A DNA stretch of 64,000 bases from Macrostomum hystrix. Taxonomy: Eukaryota; Animalia; Platyhelminthes. The notes under the pieces are model-generated. The model saw only the letters and a program-made list of their open reading frames with translations. It had not been told where the DNA came from and searched no databases. This document shows positions 40,309 through 52,700 of this stretch, in pieces; the first letter of the stretch is position 1; each line of letters starts with the position of its first letter. The DNA is taken from the NCBI GenBank assembly GCA_950097015.1, contig CATNEN010000003.1, forward strand, positions 11,780,001 through 11,844,000, written 5' to 3'. The position numbers and the translations under genes are program-made.

Positions 40309-40686
40309 AATTATAATAGAATTCAAAATATGTTTGGCAAACAATTAAATATAACTTTGTGTACTTATGTATGTCTTTGTAGTCTTCTAGTTTATCGGGT
40401 GACAGAAGTTTATGAATTCGTGGGAATTTTGGTAACGTAAATGTTTTGATATTCGCATTGGGATCATGCGTGTCAGATAACAATGCCCACCCGCTTCTGC
40501 ATGGGCATGAAGTCTGAACAACAATCAGATATATGCGATTGCAAGATGGCTGTCTAAAACATTTCCACAGCAATTGTTGCTATTTATAGAATAATATTTT
40601 TGAAACACGAAGCCATATATAACTTTTATTCCTTTTTCTTCCCGTTTTGATTTCAAAGTCGCAACGTTGTTTAAAAGAACGGCTTT

Positions 40687-40990
40687 AAGAATGGCAGAAA
40701 GTGACCTAAAGAATGGCAGAAAGTGACCTAAAGAATGGCAGAAAGTGACCTAAAGAATGGCAGAAAGTGACCTAAAGAATGGCAGAAAGTGACCTAAAGA
40801 ATGGCAGAAAGTGACCTAAAGAATGGCAGAAAGTGACCTAAAGAATGGCAGAAAGTGACCTAAAGAATGGCAGAAAGTGGTACGAAGAATGGCAGAAAGT
40901 GACCTAAAGAATGACAGAAAGTGACCTAAAGAATGGCAGAAAGTGACCTAAAGAATGGCAGAAAGTGACCTAAAGAATGGCATAAAGAAT
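40687..40990. repeat. 22-bp minisatellite AAGAATGGCAGAAAGTGACCTA
   Basis: About 13 units. Confidence 0.96.
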
Positions 40991-41679
40991 CTGCAGAATG
41001 TGTGATTGTCAGTATTTCAAATTCCCGCTGTCTACTTCACGATAGCTCCGAAACCGAATCACCGAATTTCGTTAAACTCCGCCATATGAATCAAAATTTC
41101 CAGCCTTTACTATGAATTAACTTTCACTAAAATTGCTCAGAAAAAATTATCTGGCTAATACATATTAGTTGAGTGATATAATAATAAAATCATTACAATT
41201 TAATAAACAATAAATGGTTATGAGTACATGAAGCCTCATTTTGTTGATAGGGATGTTTAGGGTTGTTTATATATTATAGTATCTGTATTAAAGAAGACAC
41301 AAGCATTGGTCAACTGCATGCAGGACTTCATTGAAAATGTTGCTCTAAATAAAAATTATTTCTTTCAAAAAGATGTTCACTAATATTTTTTATCAGCGTT
41401 AAATTTTGCACCGACAGTTAAGCAAGTGCGGTGCACATGTGTGATATAGAAGCGGATGTAGAAAATAGACTCTTAACCGAATAATTTCGATTCACACTTC
41501 TGAAGCCGGGCATATTTCAACGAGAAAGAAAGTTATCTCTTTATAGAGGCAGGACTTTTTTCAACTAATTGTTTCTCGAACTCTTAATTTATGAATCCGA
41601 CTTCACAATTGAGAACTAATAACCAAGAGCAAATGCTTTTTGTTTTGGAAGCTTCTGGTACAATATCGATGCCATCATC

Positions 41680-42365
41680 TCTCATGGGATCATATATCGA
41701 GATCTTACTAAGAGTGAGATAATCTCCGATGAGATTATATACTGAGATCATACTAACGGTGAGATAATCTCCGATGAGATTATATACTGAGATCATACTA
41801 ACGGTGAGATAATCTCCGATGAGATTATATACTGAGATCATACTAACGGTGAGATAATCTCCGATGAGATTATATACTGAGATCATACTAACGGTGAGAT
41901 AATCTTCCATTAGATTATAGATCGAGATTCTATTAAAAGTGAGATAATCTCCTATGAGATTATAGATCGATATCTTACTAAGAGTGTGATAATTCACCTT
42001 GACATTATAGTACAGGATCATATTAAAATTGAGATAATCTCCCATGAGATTATAGACCCAGTTCATACGAACAGTTTGATAATCTCCCATGAGATTATAG
42101 ACCCAGTTCATACTAACAGTGTGATAATCTCCCATGAGATTATAGACCCAGTTCATACTAACAGTGTGATAATCTCCATGAAATTATAGATCGAGATTCT
42201 ATTAAAAGTGATATAATCTCCCACGAGATTATCTATCGAGATCATAAGTAACGGTGAGATAATCTCCCATGAGATTATGGACCGAGATCATATCAACAGT
42301 GTGATAATCTCCTATGAGATTATAGATCGAGATTCTATTAACAGTGAGATATTCTCCAATGAGAT
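41680..42365. repeat. 45-bp minisatellite (GAGATAATCTCCGATGAGATTATATACTGAGATCATACTAACGGT)
   Basis: Tandem array; it explains the 190-aa minus-strand ORF. Confidence 0.93.
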
Positions 42366-43063
42366 TTCAGACCTTGTTTTTAGATTTTGGTCCTTATGAG
42401 ATTTTAGACAGTAAAATCATATTAACAGAGCAGATCCCACACTAGAAAATGTAATAGTGTAATTTTACACAAAAAATCATTTTATATAGTTTTCCTAAAG
42501 TACTACTAACAGTATACTCATAAGCTATAATTAAAACAGGTTTATTAAGAAAATAGTTTTTATAAATGATATTAATATACATTGTTACTATCCATGTGTG
42601 GTGTTTCAGATTATCAAAAAATGTAGGCAAGCATTGCATAAGCCAAAAGCCCCAAATAAAATCCCATTGCTAATCTCATGTATAGCCATTCTCAGCAACG
42701 CCATTATAGATACTTTTTTCAACGCTCTTTCTGTGAGTTGATCACACAATATTTTTCTGACGCGCTATTTACATTCCAGTCAAGCTATAGGCCCAGTTCT
42801 GTGCGATCCATCATTAATTAGAAAGTTGCTTGAGCATAATGCTAAGCTGCTACTTTGAATTTTTTTGTCGTCTTTGAGTTCACCTACTCCTGAAAAATCT
42901 GGACAAAAGTACAAAGGTGAGCACTAGAGCAACTTATTTTAAGATACATACAGTAAATAGGTTGAGAACTTCACTGAAGCTGTTACCCAATAGAATTATT
43001 CTGATATTTAGTTGTGAATATACGAGTACATGATTTTGCCGACTAAAGTATTCATCTATATCT

Positions 43064-43790
43064 ATGAGGAGAGAGAGTGAATCAGTGAGAAGGACATGAG
43101 GAGAGAGAGAGTGAATCAGTGAGAAGGACATGAGGAGAGAGAGTGAATCAGTGAGAAGGACATGAGGAGAGAGAGTGAATCAGTGAGAAGGGCATGAGGA
43201 GAGAGAGTGAATCAGTGAGAAGGGCATGAGGAGAGAGAGTGAATCAGTGAGAAGGACATGAGGAAAGAGAGTGAATCAGTGAGAAGGACATGAGGAGAGA
43301 GAGAGTGAATCAGTGAGAAGGACACGAGGAGAGAGAGAGTGAATCAGTGAGAAGGACACGAGGAGAGAGAGAGTGAATCAGTGAGAAGGACATGAGGAGA
43401 GAGAGTGAATCAGTGAGAAGGACATGAGGAGAGAGAGAGAGTGAATCAGTGACAAGGACATGAGGAGAGAGAGAGTGAATCAGTTAGAAGGACATAAGGA
43501 GAGAGAGTGAATCAGTGAGAAGGGCATGAGGAGAGAGAGAGTGAATCAGTGAGAAGGACATGAGGAGAGAGAGTGTGAATCAGTGAGAAGTACATGAGGA
43601 GAGAGAGTGAATCAGTGAGAAGGACATGAGGAGAGAGAGTGAATCAGTGAGAAGGACATGAGGAGAGAGAGAGTGAATCAGTGAGAAGGACATGAGGAGA
43701 GAGAGTAAATCAGTGAGAAGGACATGAGGAGAGAGAGTGAATCAGTGAGAAGGACATGAGGAGAGAGAGTGAATCAGTGAGAAGGGCATG
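43064..43790. repeat. 30-34-bp minisatellite GTGAATCAGTGAGAAGGACATGAG(GA)n
   Basis: Tandem array. Confidence 0.96.
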
Positions 43791-43900
43791 ATGTAATAAT
43801 CGAATAGCCATTAGATTTAGGCAGGTAAGAGAAAAACAGACAAGCAATAAAGATATCATAAACAGATTTCAATTGTGCAATTGGGTCAACTAAGACCTAT

Positions 43901-44214
43901 AATAATAATTAATAATAATAATTGATTACACCTGCCCCAATTGGGTCAGATGTGCAGCCGACAGCACAGCCGCAGCTAATGCGCGGCGCATCTGAACGCT
44001 GCGTACAGCTGTTCAGTCCACGGACTGGGGGGACGCCACACCCACCTTCAATTATCCCAGCTAATGCTGGTACCCATTTAACAGCTGGGTGAACTGAAGC
44101 AATGCACAGTGAAGTGTCTTGCAAAAGGACGCAAATTGTTCCAGTGGAGTCGGGAATCGAACCCCCGACCTTCGAGTCGTGAGTCCGCCGCCTTAACCAC
44201 TAGGCTACAACCTC
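43901..44214 (-). mobile_element. SINE family A, full length
   Basis: Near-identical to 15686-16008, with A/B boxes and a (TAA)n tail. Confidence 0.9.
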
Positions 44215-44559
44215 TCCCTATATTAAGTAATAAGACCTATATTAAGGCCCCCGGCGGTTAAATAACAAATTCAACACGATGCCACGCAATTTGAGCTAAC
44301 AAACTACGAGTATATTCTCGAATCGTTTAGCAGTTTAAAAAAACTAGCGACACACGCAAGAAAACACGTGAATAAAATAAGTCTGGCATTGTGCACAGGT
44401 GAGCTCTTATATTGCGACTCACTGGCTAAACAGGACGAGTTTCGCATTGCAACTAGGGTCAGAGTAAAAAAAAAAGAGAATGTACATGTTAAGTATTCTT
44501 GCTGAATAAGAGCATTTTGCACAGAAGCAAAAGTGGCTCGACTCAAATTCTCTATCCGC

Positions 44560-44768
44560 CTCTATAAGGCGCAGCGGAAACAGGGTTCAGTGCGAATTTA
44601 CTTACACTAACTGCCGCCACAACAAGTCTCGCTGCTTCTAGCAGTAGAAATTCAGTTGCCTTCTATAAATTATACTGCTAGGCTACGAATGTTGAACTGG
44701 CTGAGTGGTTTACTCAAATTACTAGCTCACAATCCTGATCGACTTTAAGGAAGTCCGGGGGAGACCAG
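44560..44768 (+). promoter_or_regulatory. Candidate promoter and non-coding first exon of the PLC gene
   Basis: TATAAG near 44564, a strong donor CAG|GTGAGA at 44768/9, and a matching acceptor TTTTGCTCAG at 46764 just before ATG 46790. Inference only. Confidence 0.4.
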
Positions 44769-44905
44769 GTGAGACTCACTGCTCAGAATAACTTACTATT
44801 TGTTAATCATTATAATTCATTTTCTTAATAGGTTCATTAGCAAAATGAACAGATACATAATCAGTATTTTATTTTTCCGGAATTTGCTTCGTCACAATCA
44901 GCTTT

Positions 44906-46515
44906 GTCACCTCTATCTGACTCTCTCCTCTATCTGACTCTCACCTCTATCTGACTCTCACCTCTATCTGACTCTCACCTCTATCTGACTCTCACCTCTA
45001 TCTGACTGTCACCTCTATCTGACTCTCCTCTATCTGACTCTCACCTCTATCTGACTATCACCTCTATCTGACTCTCTCCTCTATCTGACTCTCACCTCTA
45101 TCTGACTCTCCTCTATCTGACTCTCACCTCTATCTGACTCTCACCTCTATCTGACTGTCACCTCTATCTGACTCTCACCTCTATCTGACTCTCCTCTATC
45201 TGACTCTCACCTCTATCTGACTCTCACCTCTATCTGACTGTCACCTCTATCTGACTCTCACCTCTATCTGACTGTCACCTCTATCTGACTCTCACCTCTA
45301 TCTGACTCTCTCCTCTATCTGACTCTCTCCTCTATCTGACTGTCACCTCTATCTGACTCTCACCTCTATCTGACTGTCACCTCTATCTGACTCTCCTCTA
45401 TCTGACTCTCACCTCTATCTGACTCTCACCTCTATCTGACTGTCACCTCTATCTGACTCTCCTCTATCTGACTCTCACCTCTATCTGACTCTCACCTCTA
45501 TCTGACTCTCACCTCTATCTGACTCTCTCCTCTATCTGACTCTCTCCTCTATCTGACTCTCTCCTCTATCTGACTCTCTCCTCTATCTGACTCTCACCTT
45601 TATCTGACTCTCACCTCTATCTGACTGTCACCTCTATCTGACTCTCACCTTTATCTGACTCTCACCTCTATCTGACTCTCTCCTCTATCTGACTCTTTTC
45701 TCTATCTGACTCTCTCCTCTATCTGACTCTCACCTCTATCTGACTCTCACCTCTATCTGACTCTCCTCTATCTGACTCTCTCCTCTATCTGACTCTCCTC
45801 TATCTGACTCTCTCCTCTATCTGACTCTCACCTCTATCTGACTGTCACCTCTATCTGACTCTCACCTCTATCTGACTCTCTCCTCTATCTGACTCTCTCC
45901 TCTATCTGACTCTCACCTCTATCTGACTCTCCTCTATCTGACTCTCACCTCTATCTGACTCTCACCTCTATCTGACTGTCACCTCTATCTGACTCTCACC
46001 TCTATCTGACTCTCACCTCTATCTGACTCTCCTCTATCTGACTCTCACCTCTATCTGACTCTCTCCTCTATCTGACTCTTTTCTCTATCTGACTCTCTCC
46101 TCTATCTGACTCTCACCTCTATCTGACTCTCACCTCTATCTGACTCTCCTCTATCTGACTCTCTCCTCTATCTGACTCTCCTCTATCTGACTCTCTCCTC
46201 TATCTGACTCTCACCTCTATCTGACTCTCACCTCTATCTGACTCTCCTCTATCTGACTCTCTCCTCTATCTGACTCTCCTCTATCTGACTCTCTCCTCTA
46301 TCTGACTCTCACCTCTATCTGACTGTCACCTCTATCTGACTCTCACCTCTATCTGACTCTCTCCTCTATCTGACTCTCTCCTCTATCTGACTCTCACCTC
46401 TATCTGACTCTCCTCTATCTGACTCTCACCTCTATCTGACTGTCACCTCTATCTGACTCTCACCTCTATCTGACTCTCTCCTCTATCTGACTCTCTCCTC
46501 TATCTGACTCTCCTC
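44906..46515. repeat. 17-bp (and 15-bp) pyrimidine-rich minisatellite CTCTCACCTCTATCTGA
   Basis: Tandem array of ~1.6 kb. Confidence 0.98.
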
Positions 46516-46789
46516 TTCATCAGGCCACCATTTTTTGAAAACTAAATCCCTTAATCTCATCCCATTCTCCCTACTCACCACCCCTTCATCTCCCTTCCAT
46601 CTCCACTTTTCATCTCGTAAATTACGAATTTCTCATACTCAAGAATCGCTCTTAACCAATGCGAGCTCGTGTGCAAAAAACATGTTTCTCACTCTTCACA
46701 ATCATGCTCACAACTCTCGTTGTTGGCTATAAGAGCGAATTATCCTTGGCTCAATTTTGCTCAGGAATTCATAGAAAAAACTAAGAAAT

Positions 46790-49700
46790 ATGGACTGGCT
46801 TTTGTCGCTGCTACCGGCTCCGCTGTACTACGCTGTGATTTTGGGACTCGTGCTCACCAGCCTGCTACTATTTGGCCCGGATGTTAATTGGGGTCTAGAA
46901 AGGCTGCGACAGCGATGCCACGAACTTGGCATTCGAGAAGCTGGCAAGGTTTCTTCTGCAGGACAGCCGGTCATCAAGTGTTGTGAGTGATGTCTAACAC
47001 ATGTTAGACAGTGTTTTGCCATGTTAGACAGTGGTTCGACATGTTAGACAGTGTTTTGCCATGTTAGACAGTGGTTCGACATGTTAGACAGTGTTTTGCC
47101 ATGTTAGACAGTGTTTTGACATGTTAGACAGTGTTTTGACATGTTAGACAGTGTTTTGACATGTTAGACAGTGTTTTAATATGTTAGATAGTGTTTTAAA
47201 ATGTTAGATAGTGTTTTAATATGTTAGATAGTGTTTTAAAATGTTAGATAGTGTTTTGACATGTTAGACAGTGTTTTGACATGTTAGACAGTGTTTTGAC
47301 ATGTTAGACAGTGTTTTAATATGTTAGATAGTGTTTTAAAATGTTAGATAGTGTTTTAAAATGTTAGATAGTGTTTTGACATGTTAGACAGTGTTTTGAC
47401 ATGTTAGACAGTGTTTTGACATGTTAGACAGTGTTTTAATATGTTAGATAGTGTTTTAAAATGTTAGATAGTGTTTTAATATGTTAGATAGTGTTTTAAA
47501 ATGTTAGATAGTGTTTTGACATGTTAGACAGTGTTTTGACATGTTAGATAGTGTTTTGACATGTTAGATAGTGTTTTAAAATGTTAGACAGTGTTTTAAA
47601 ATGTTAGATAGTGTTTTGACATGTTAGACAGTGTTGTGACATGTTAGACAGTGTTTTGACATGTTAGACAGTGTGTTAACATGTTAGACAGTGTTTTGAC
47701 ATGTTAGACAGTGTTAAAATTATACTAGTTAGACAGAAAAATGTACTTTTTAGACAGAGGACAGCCTACTTGTTAGACAAGAGAGTCAATTTGTTGGAAA
47801 GAATCGTACAGCGAAACATGCTGTATAAAAATTCGAACAAAATACCATCTATATTCAGGCCAACTTGTTGAGTACATAAGCAACAGTTAAACTGTAGCAT
47901 TCGATAACAGCTCAGATGTGCAATGAGATGCATGAGTTCATGCTCAAGCTATCTGAATGGCCAACAATTAATCTTTCCTACTAGTTTGTCTCTGTCCTGT
48001 TGAGATATGAGTATCGGCAGACAGACCCCACCCCGCAATTTTTTATCTGCCGACAAAATTGGCGTAGAGACAGAGGCAGAGGTCCCAGGATAGGGATGTG
48101 AAGGCTGTGTACATGAATGCTGTTGGCAGATTTTAATCGATATAAACTGTAAAAGTTTTCAATAGAACTGAGTGTGGGGCCTATATTACTTTACTGTGCC
48201 TCATAATAGCGTAGTTGTATACTGTAGAAGTACACGATCAGATTAAAAAATTGGTTAGAAAAATCGTTCTCTACTTTTTGGGGCTACACAAGCTAAAAGT
48301 TTTATATCAAACTGCGAATGAACGGAGAACATTAAAGGAGGAGATGAAGGGTCAACATGAAGGGAGAGAATGCAGGGTTAAATAATTGCAGGAGGGCTGT
48401 GGGCATTCGCACATCATTTCGTGACAGTAGACCCGCAGCCAGCGAGGAGGCAATTCTGCCCATTTCGCTGACTCCTAAGCACACACGCACACAGATACCG
48501 TACGCAGGCATACGCTCACACTAGTGTGTACATCTGCTTTGACTTAGAGGATGCAGGGTGAAGATGAAGGGAGAGGATGCAGGGTGAAGATGAGGGACAG
48601 GATGCAGGGTGAAGATGAGGGATAGGATGCAGGGTGAAGATGAGGGAGAGGATGCAGGGTGAAGATGAGGGAGAGGATGCAGGGTGAAGATGAAGGAGAG
48701 GATGCAGGGTGAAGATGAGGGAGAGGATGCAGAGTGAAGATGAGGGAGAGGATGCAGGGTGAAGATGAGGGAGAGGATGCAGGGTGAAGATGAAGGAGAG
48801 GATGCAGGGTGAAGATGAGGGAGAGGATGCAGGGTGAAGATGAGGGAGAGGATGCAGGGTGAAGATGAGGGATAGGATGCAGGGTGAAGATGATGGGAGA
48901 GGATGCAGGGTGAAGATGAGGGAGAGGATGCAGGGTGAAGATGAGGGAGAGGATGCAAGGTGAAGATGAAGGAGAGGATGCAGGGTGAAGATGAGGGATA
49001 GGATGCAGGGTGAAGATGATGGGAGAGGATGCAGGGTGAAGATGATGGGAGAGGATGCAGGGTGAAGATGAGGGAGAGGATGCAAGGTGAAGATGAAGGG
49101 AGAGGATACAAGGTGAAGATGAGGGAGAGGATGCAGGGTGAAGATGATAGATAGAGAGGATGCAAGGTGAAGATGAAGGGATAGGATGCAGGGTGAAGAT
49201 GAAGGGAGAGGATGCAGGGTGAAGATGAGGGAGAGGATGCAAGGTGAAGATGAAGGGAGAGGATGCAGGGTGAAGATGAAGGGAGAGGATGCAGGGTGAA
49301 GATGATAGATAGAGAGGATGAAATAAAATAATATTAAAGCTATCCAAACCCGCTAAAGTTCTGGCGCCGCTGACCAATGCGATTCACATCCCAACGGAGC
49401 CGTCGCTGGTGTCGCCAAGTGTGCCGCTGCAGTTTGACATCGGATCCGAGTCGGATGACAGAAGTTTCGCCTACCTGGGCAAGAGAGGCCGATGGAAACC
49501 GGGCTGGGTCGAGTACGAGCCAAGGATTCGAGCCCTGGTGCTCAGAAAGTTGCAACCGTCCGGGACATCTTTGAAGAGAAATAAGCTCCAGAGAATTAGT
49601 GAGCGCAAACTGCTTGTCTTGATCAATTTTCACCTGAGTTTTTTATTCTACTGTAGCCTCGAAGAGGTTGTAGCCTTGTGGTTATAGCGTCGGACTCACG

Positions 49701-52700
49701 AATCGTAGATCGGGGGTTCGATTCCCGATTCCAGTGGAACAACTTTTGTCCTTCAGCAAGACACTTAACTCTGCATTGCTTCAGTTCACCCAGCTGTTAA
49801 ATGGGTATCAGCATTGGCTGGTAGTAATTGAGGGTGGGTGTAGCGTCCCCCGAGTCCATGGACTGAACAGCTGTACGCAGCTTTCAGATGCACCGCGCCA
49901 TAGCTGCGGCTGTGCTGTCGGCTGCACATCTGGCCCAATTGGGGCAGTTTTAATCAATAATAACAATATTAATTTTATTATTCTACTGTGAAATCTGAGA
50001 TCTATTATTCCTTTTCAGTCACTTTGGAGTCGATACAAAAAATTACTACTGAATCAGCTGATAATGGAGCGGACACACCGGTAATCCTTTTTCCAACTGG
50101 GAATTGGGAAATGGGAATTGGGAAATAGGAATTGGGAAATGGGAATTGGGAAATGGGAAATGGGAATTGGGAAATGGGAATTGGGAATTGGGAAATAGGA
50201 ATTGGGAAATGGGAATTGGGAAATGGGAATTGGGAAATGGGAATTGGGAAATGGGAATTGGGAAATGGGAATTGGGAAATGGGAATTGGGAAATGGGAAT
50301 TGGGAAATGGGAATTGGGAAATGGGAATTGGGAAATGGGAATTGGGAAATGGGAATTGGGAAATGGGAATTGGGAAATGGGAATTGGGAAATGGGAATTG
50401 GGAAATGGGAATTGGGAAATGGGAATTGGGAAATGGGAAATGGGAATTGGGAAATGGGAATTGGGAAATGGGAATTGGGAAATGGGAATTGGGAAATGGG
50501 AATTGGGAAATGGGAATTGGGAAATGGGAATTGGGAAATGGGAATTGGGAAATGGGAATTGGGAAATGGGAATTGGGAAATGGGAATTGGGAAATGGGAA
50601 TTGGGAAATGGGAATTGGGAAATGGGAATTGGGAAATGGGAATTGGGAAATGGGAATTGGGAAATGGGAATTGGGAAATGGGAATTGGGAAATGGGAATT
50701 GGGAAATAGGAGTTGGGAAATGGGAATAGGGAAATGGGAATTGGGAAATGGGAATTGGGAAATGGGAATTCGAAAATGGGAATTGGAAAATAAAGTTCCA
50801 AGTCCTTATTCATCCCACAGAGTGCGCCCATCGCGATCAGCTTCCATCACTCCTCCGGAACAGACAAGTGGCCTCTCAGGCTTCTGTCTAAATCCCCAGA
50901 AACCGCCTGCAATTGGCTGCAGCGGCTGCAGGAACATCTGCTGATGAATCGTCCTGCTCTGGCCATCGCTCGGCCGCCAGTGACTGAACAGGTGCTCACA
51001 GACCGGTTGAAACTTGTCTGCCAGGCAGAGGCGGCGTCCTTCTCGGTGGATCTGCTCGCCCTGCTGCTCAGGGAGTTCGGCGTGTTCGCAAAGAGGAGCG
51101 ACTTAAAGAGCCACTTGCAGGTGCGAGAGGGTGGGGAAGAGCGTGGGGAAGAGGGGAAGAGGGTGAGGAAGAGGGTGGGGAAGAGGGTGGGGAAGAGGGT
51201 GGGGAAGAGGGTGGGGAAGAGGGTGGGGAAGAGTGTGGGGAAGAGTGTGTGATTTGAGATTTGAAGATTTAAGGAGGAAAATGATTAGAAACGTCTTAGC
51301 AACCATCACCAAGGTTGTATGTTGCTTAGAAGTTTGACTGTAAACTTCGCTCTTGTGCTTTTGACTGATAATCTGTTATTTTCAGTTTTTCAACACTGTA
51401 AAGCAATTAGGATAGACTTGAGCAGTGTAAAGTAATTATTGGCACAGCTAAGCACACTACATGCACCTTAATATTTGATTAAGATCTGACTTATGTCAGC
51501 TCTCTTTAGACAAAAAAGATAACAATTACGATACCAAAGTCAAGTTAGGCAAACGAATCGACTTTGCAGTGAAAAATACGTTTTTTCATTCCTTCGCGCA
51601 GAAAACTACGAACAAACAAAAGGTGGAAACCTACAGGGAAACCCTGGACGCAGCTAAGGAGGTGCTGAGTCTGATGGACGGTTCTGAGACTTTCGAACGG
51701 TAAGTTTGACTCTGACTTGACTGACTCGCGATAAGTGGAACGTGGACAGATCAGACGTCGACGTGGACAGAAGTAGAGCTCGATGATTGATCAAAAACAT
51801 TTTTATTTCAATCCTCGAAGATCAAAGGAGCCGCCAATGTGAAAAACTTTTCTCACCTGGCTAATTAGTACGAAGGAACCGAAAATCTCTACAAATCCTT
51901 ATTTTGCATATGTCATGGCCAATCGAGAGATAAAGGGAACCGCCAATTCAGGCCAGTAAAATCCCTTTTCACCTGTTATCTAACTAATCAAGATCAAAGG
52001 AACCGCCAAAATAATTATCTTCTCTCACCTGTTAGAACCGCCTCTCTTAAAACTCTTATCTCTCACCTGTACATTTAGCTATTAAAGATCAAAGGAACCT
52101 GTACATCAAAGGAAACTGTATATCTAGCTATTCAAGATCAAAAGAGCCACCAATCTTAAGAATTTTTTTCACCTGTAGGAACCCCAATCTTTAAACTCTT
52201 ACCTCTTCCCTGTATATCTAGCTAGTCAGGATCAAAGGAACTGCCGATCTCAGCCAATCACGTTAAAGCACACTGGATCGCTTAAACTAAATTCCAGGTA
52301 CGCAGCTGCCTCGCCAAACAACAATCTAATGACTGTGCCTGAGTTTCACAGACGATTCGTCACAGGTAGTCAGGGCCTCAAGCAGAGTCTACCGGAGACA
52401 CTGCGACAGCTGCGGTCCATTGCAACCGTTGACAATGACCTCTTGGACCTTATGCTGATTACTAGACGCCTGTTTAAAGCGGCTCTAGCCTCGAAGTTGT
52501 ACACAATGCCCCTGAGAGCTGATCAGCTGGAATTGAGAGAGCCACTGTCACTGCCGCTAACAGATTATTTCATTTCAACCTCGCACAATACCTACTTGAT
52601 GGAGGACCAGTTGAAAGGTCGAAGCGACTGCTTGGCCTACGAGATAGCGCTGAAGAAGAACTGCAGATGTGTTGAATGTGAGTGTCGGTATGAAAAGCCA

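Noticed and set aside
19065-48226. TACAGTA/TACTGTA as Tc1 excision footprints
   Set aside because: The handful seen is about what chance predicts for an AT-rich 7-mer.
49664-49735. tRNA genes (also at ~15940-16008, 44145-44214, 31735-31804, 21030-21096)
   Set aside because: These are A/B-box heads of SINEs that continue into a shared body and tail; there is no intact cloverleaf or terminator.
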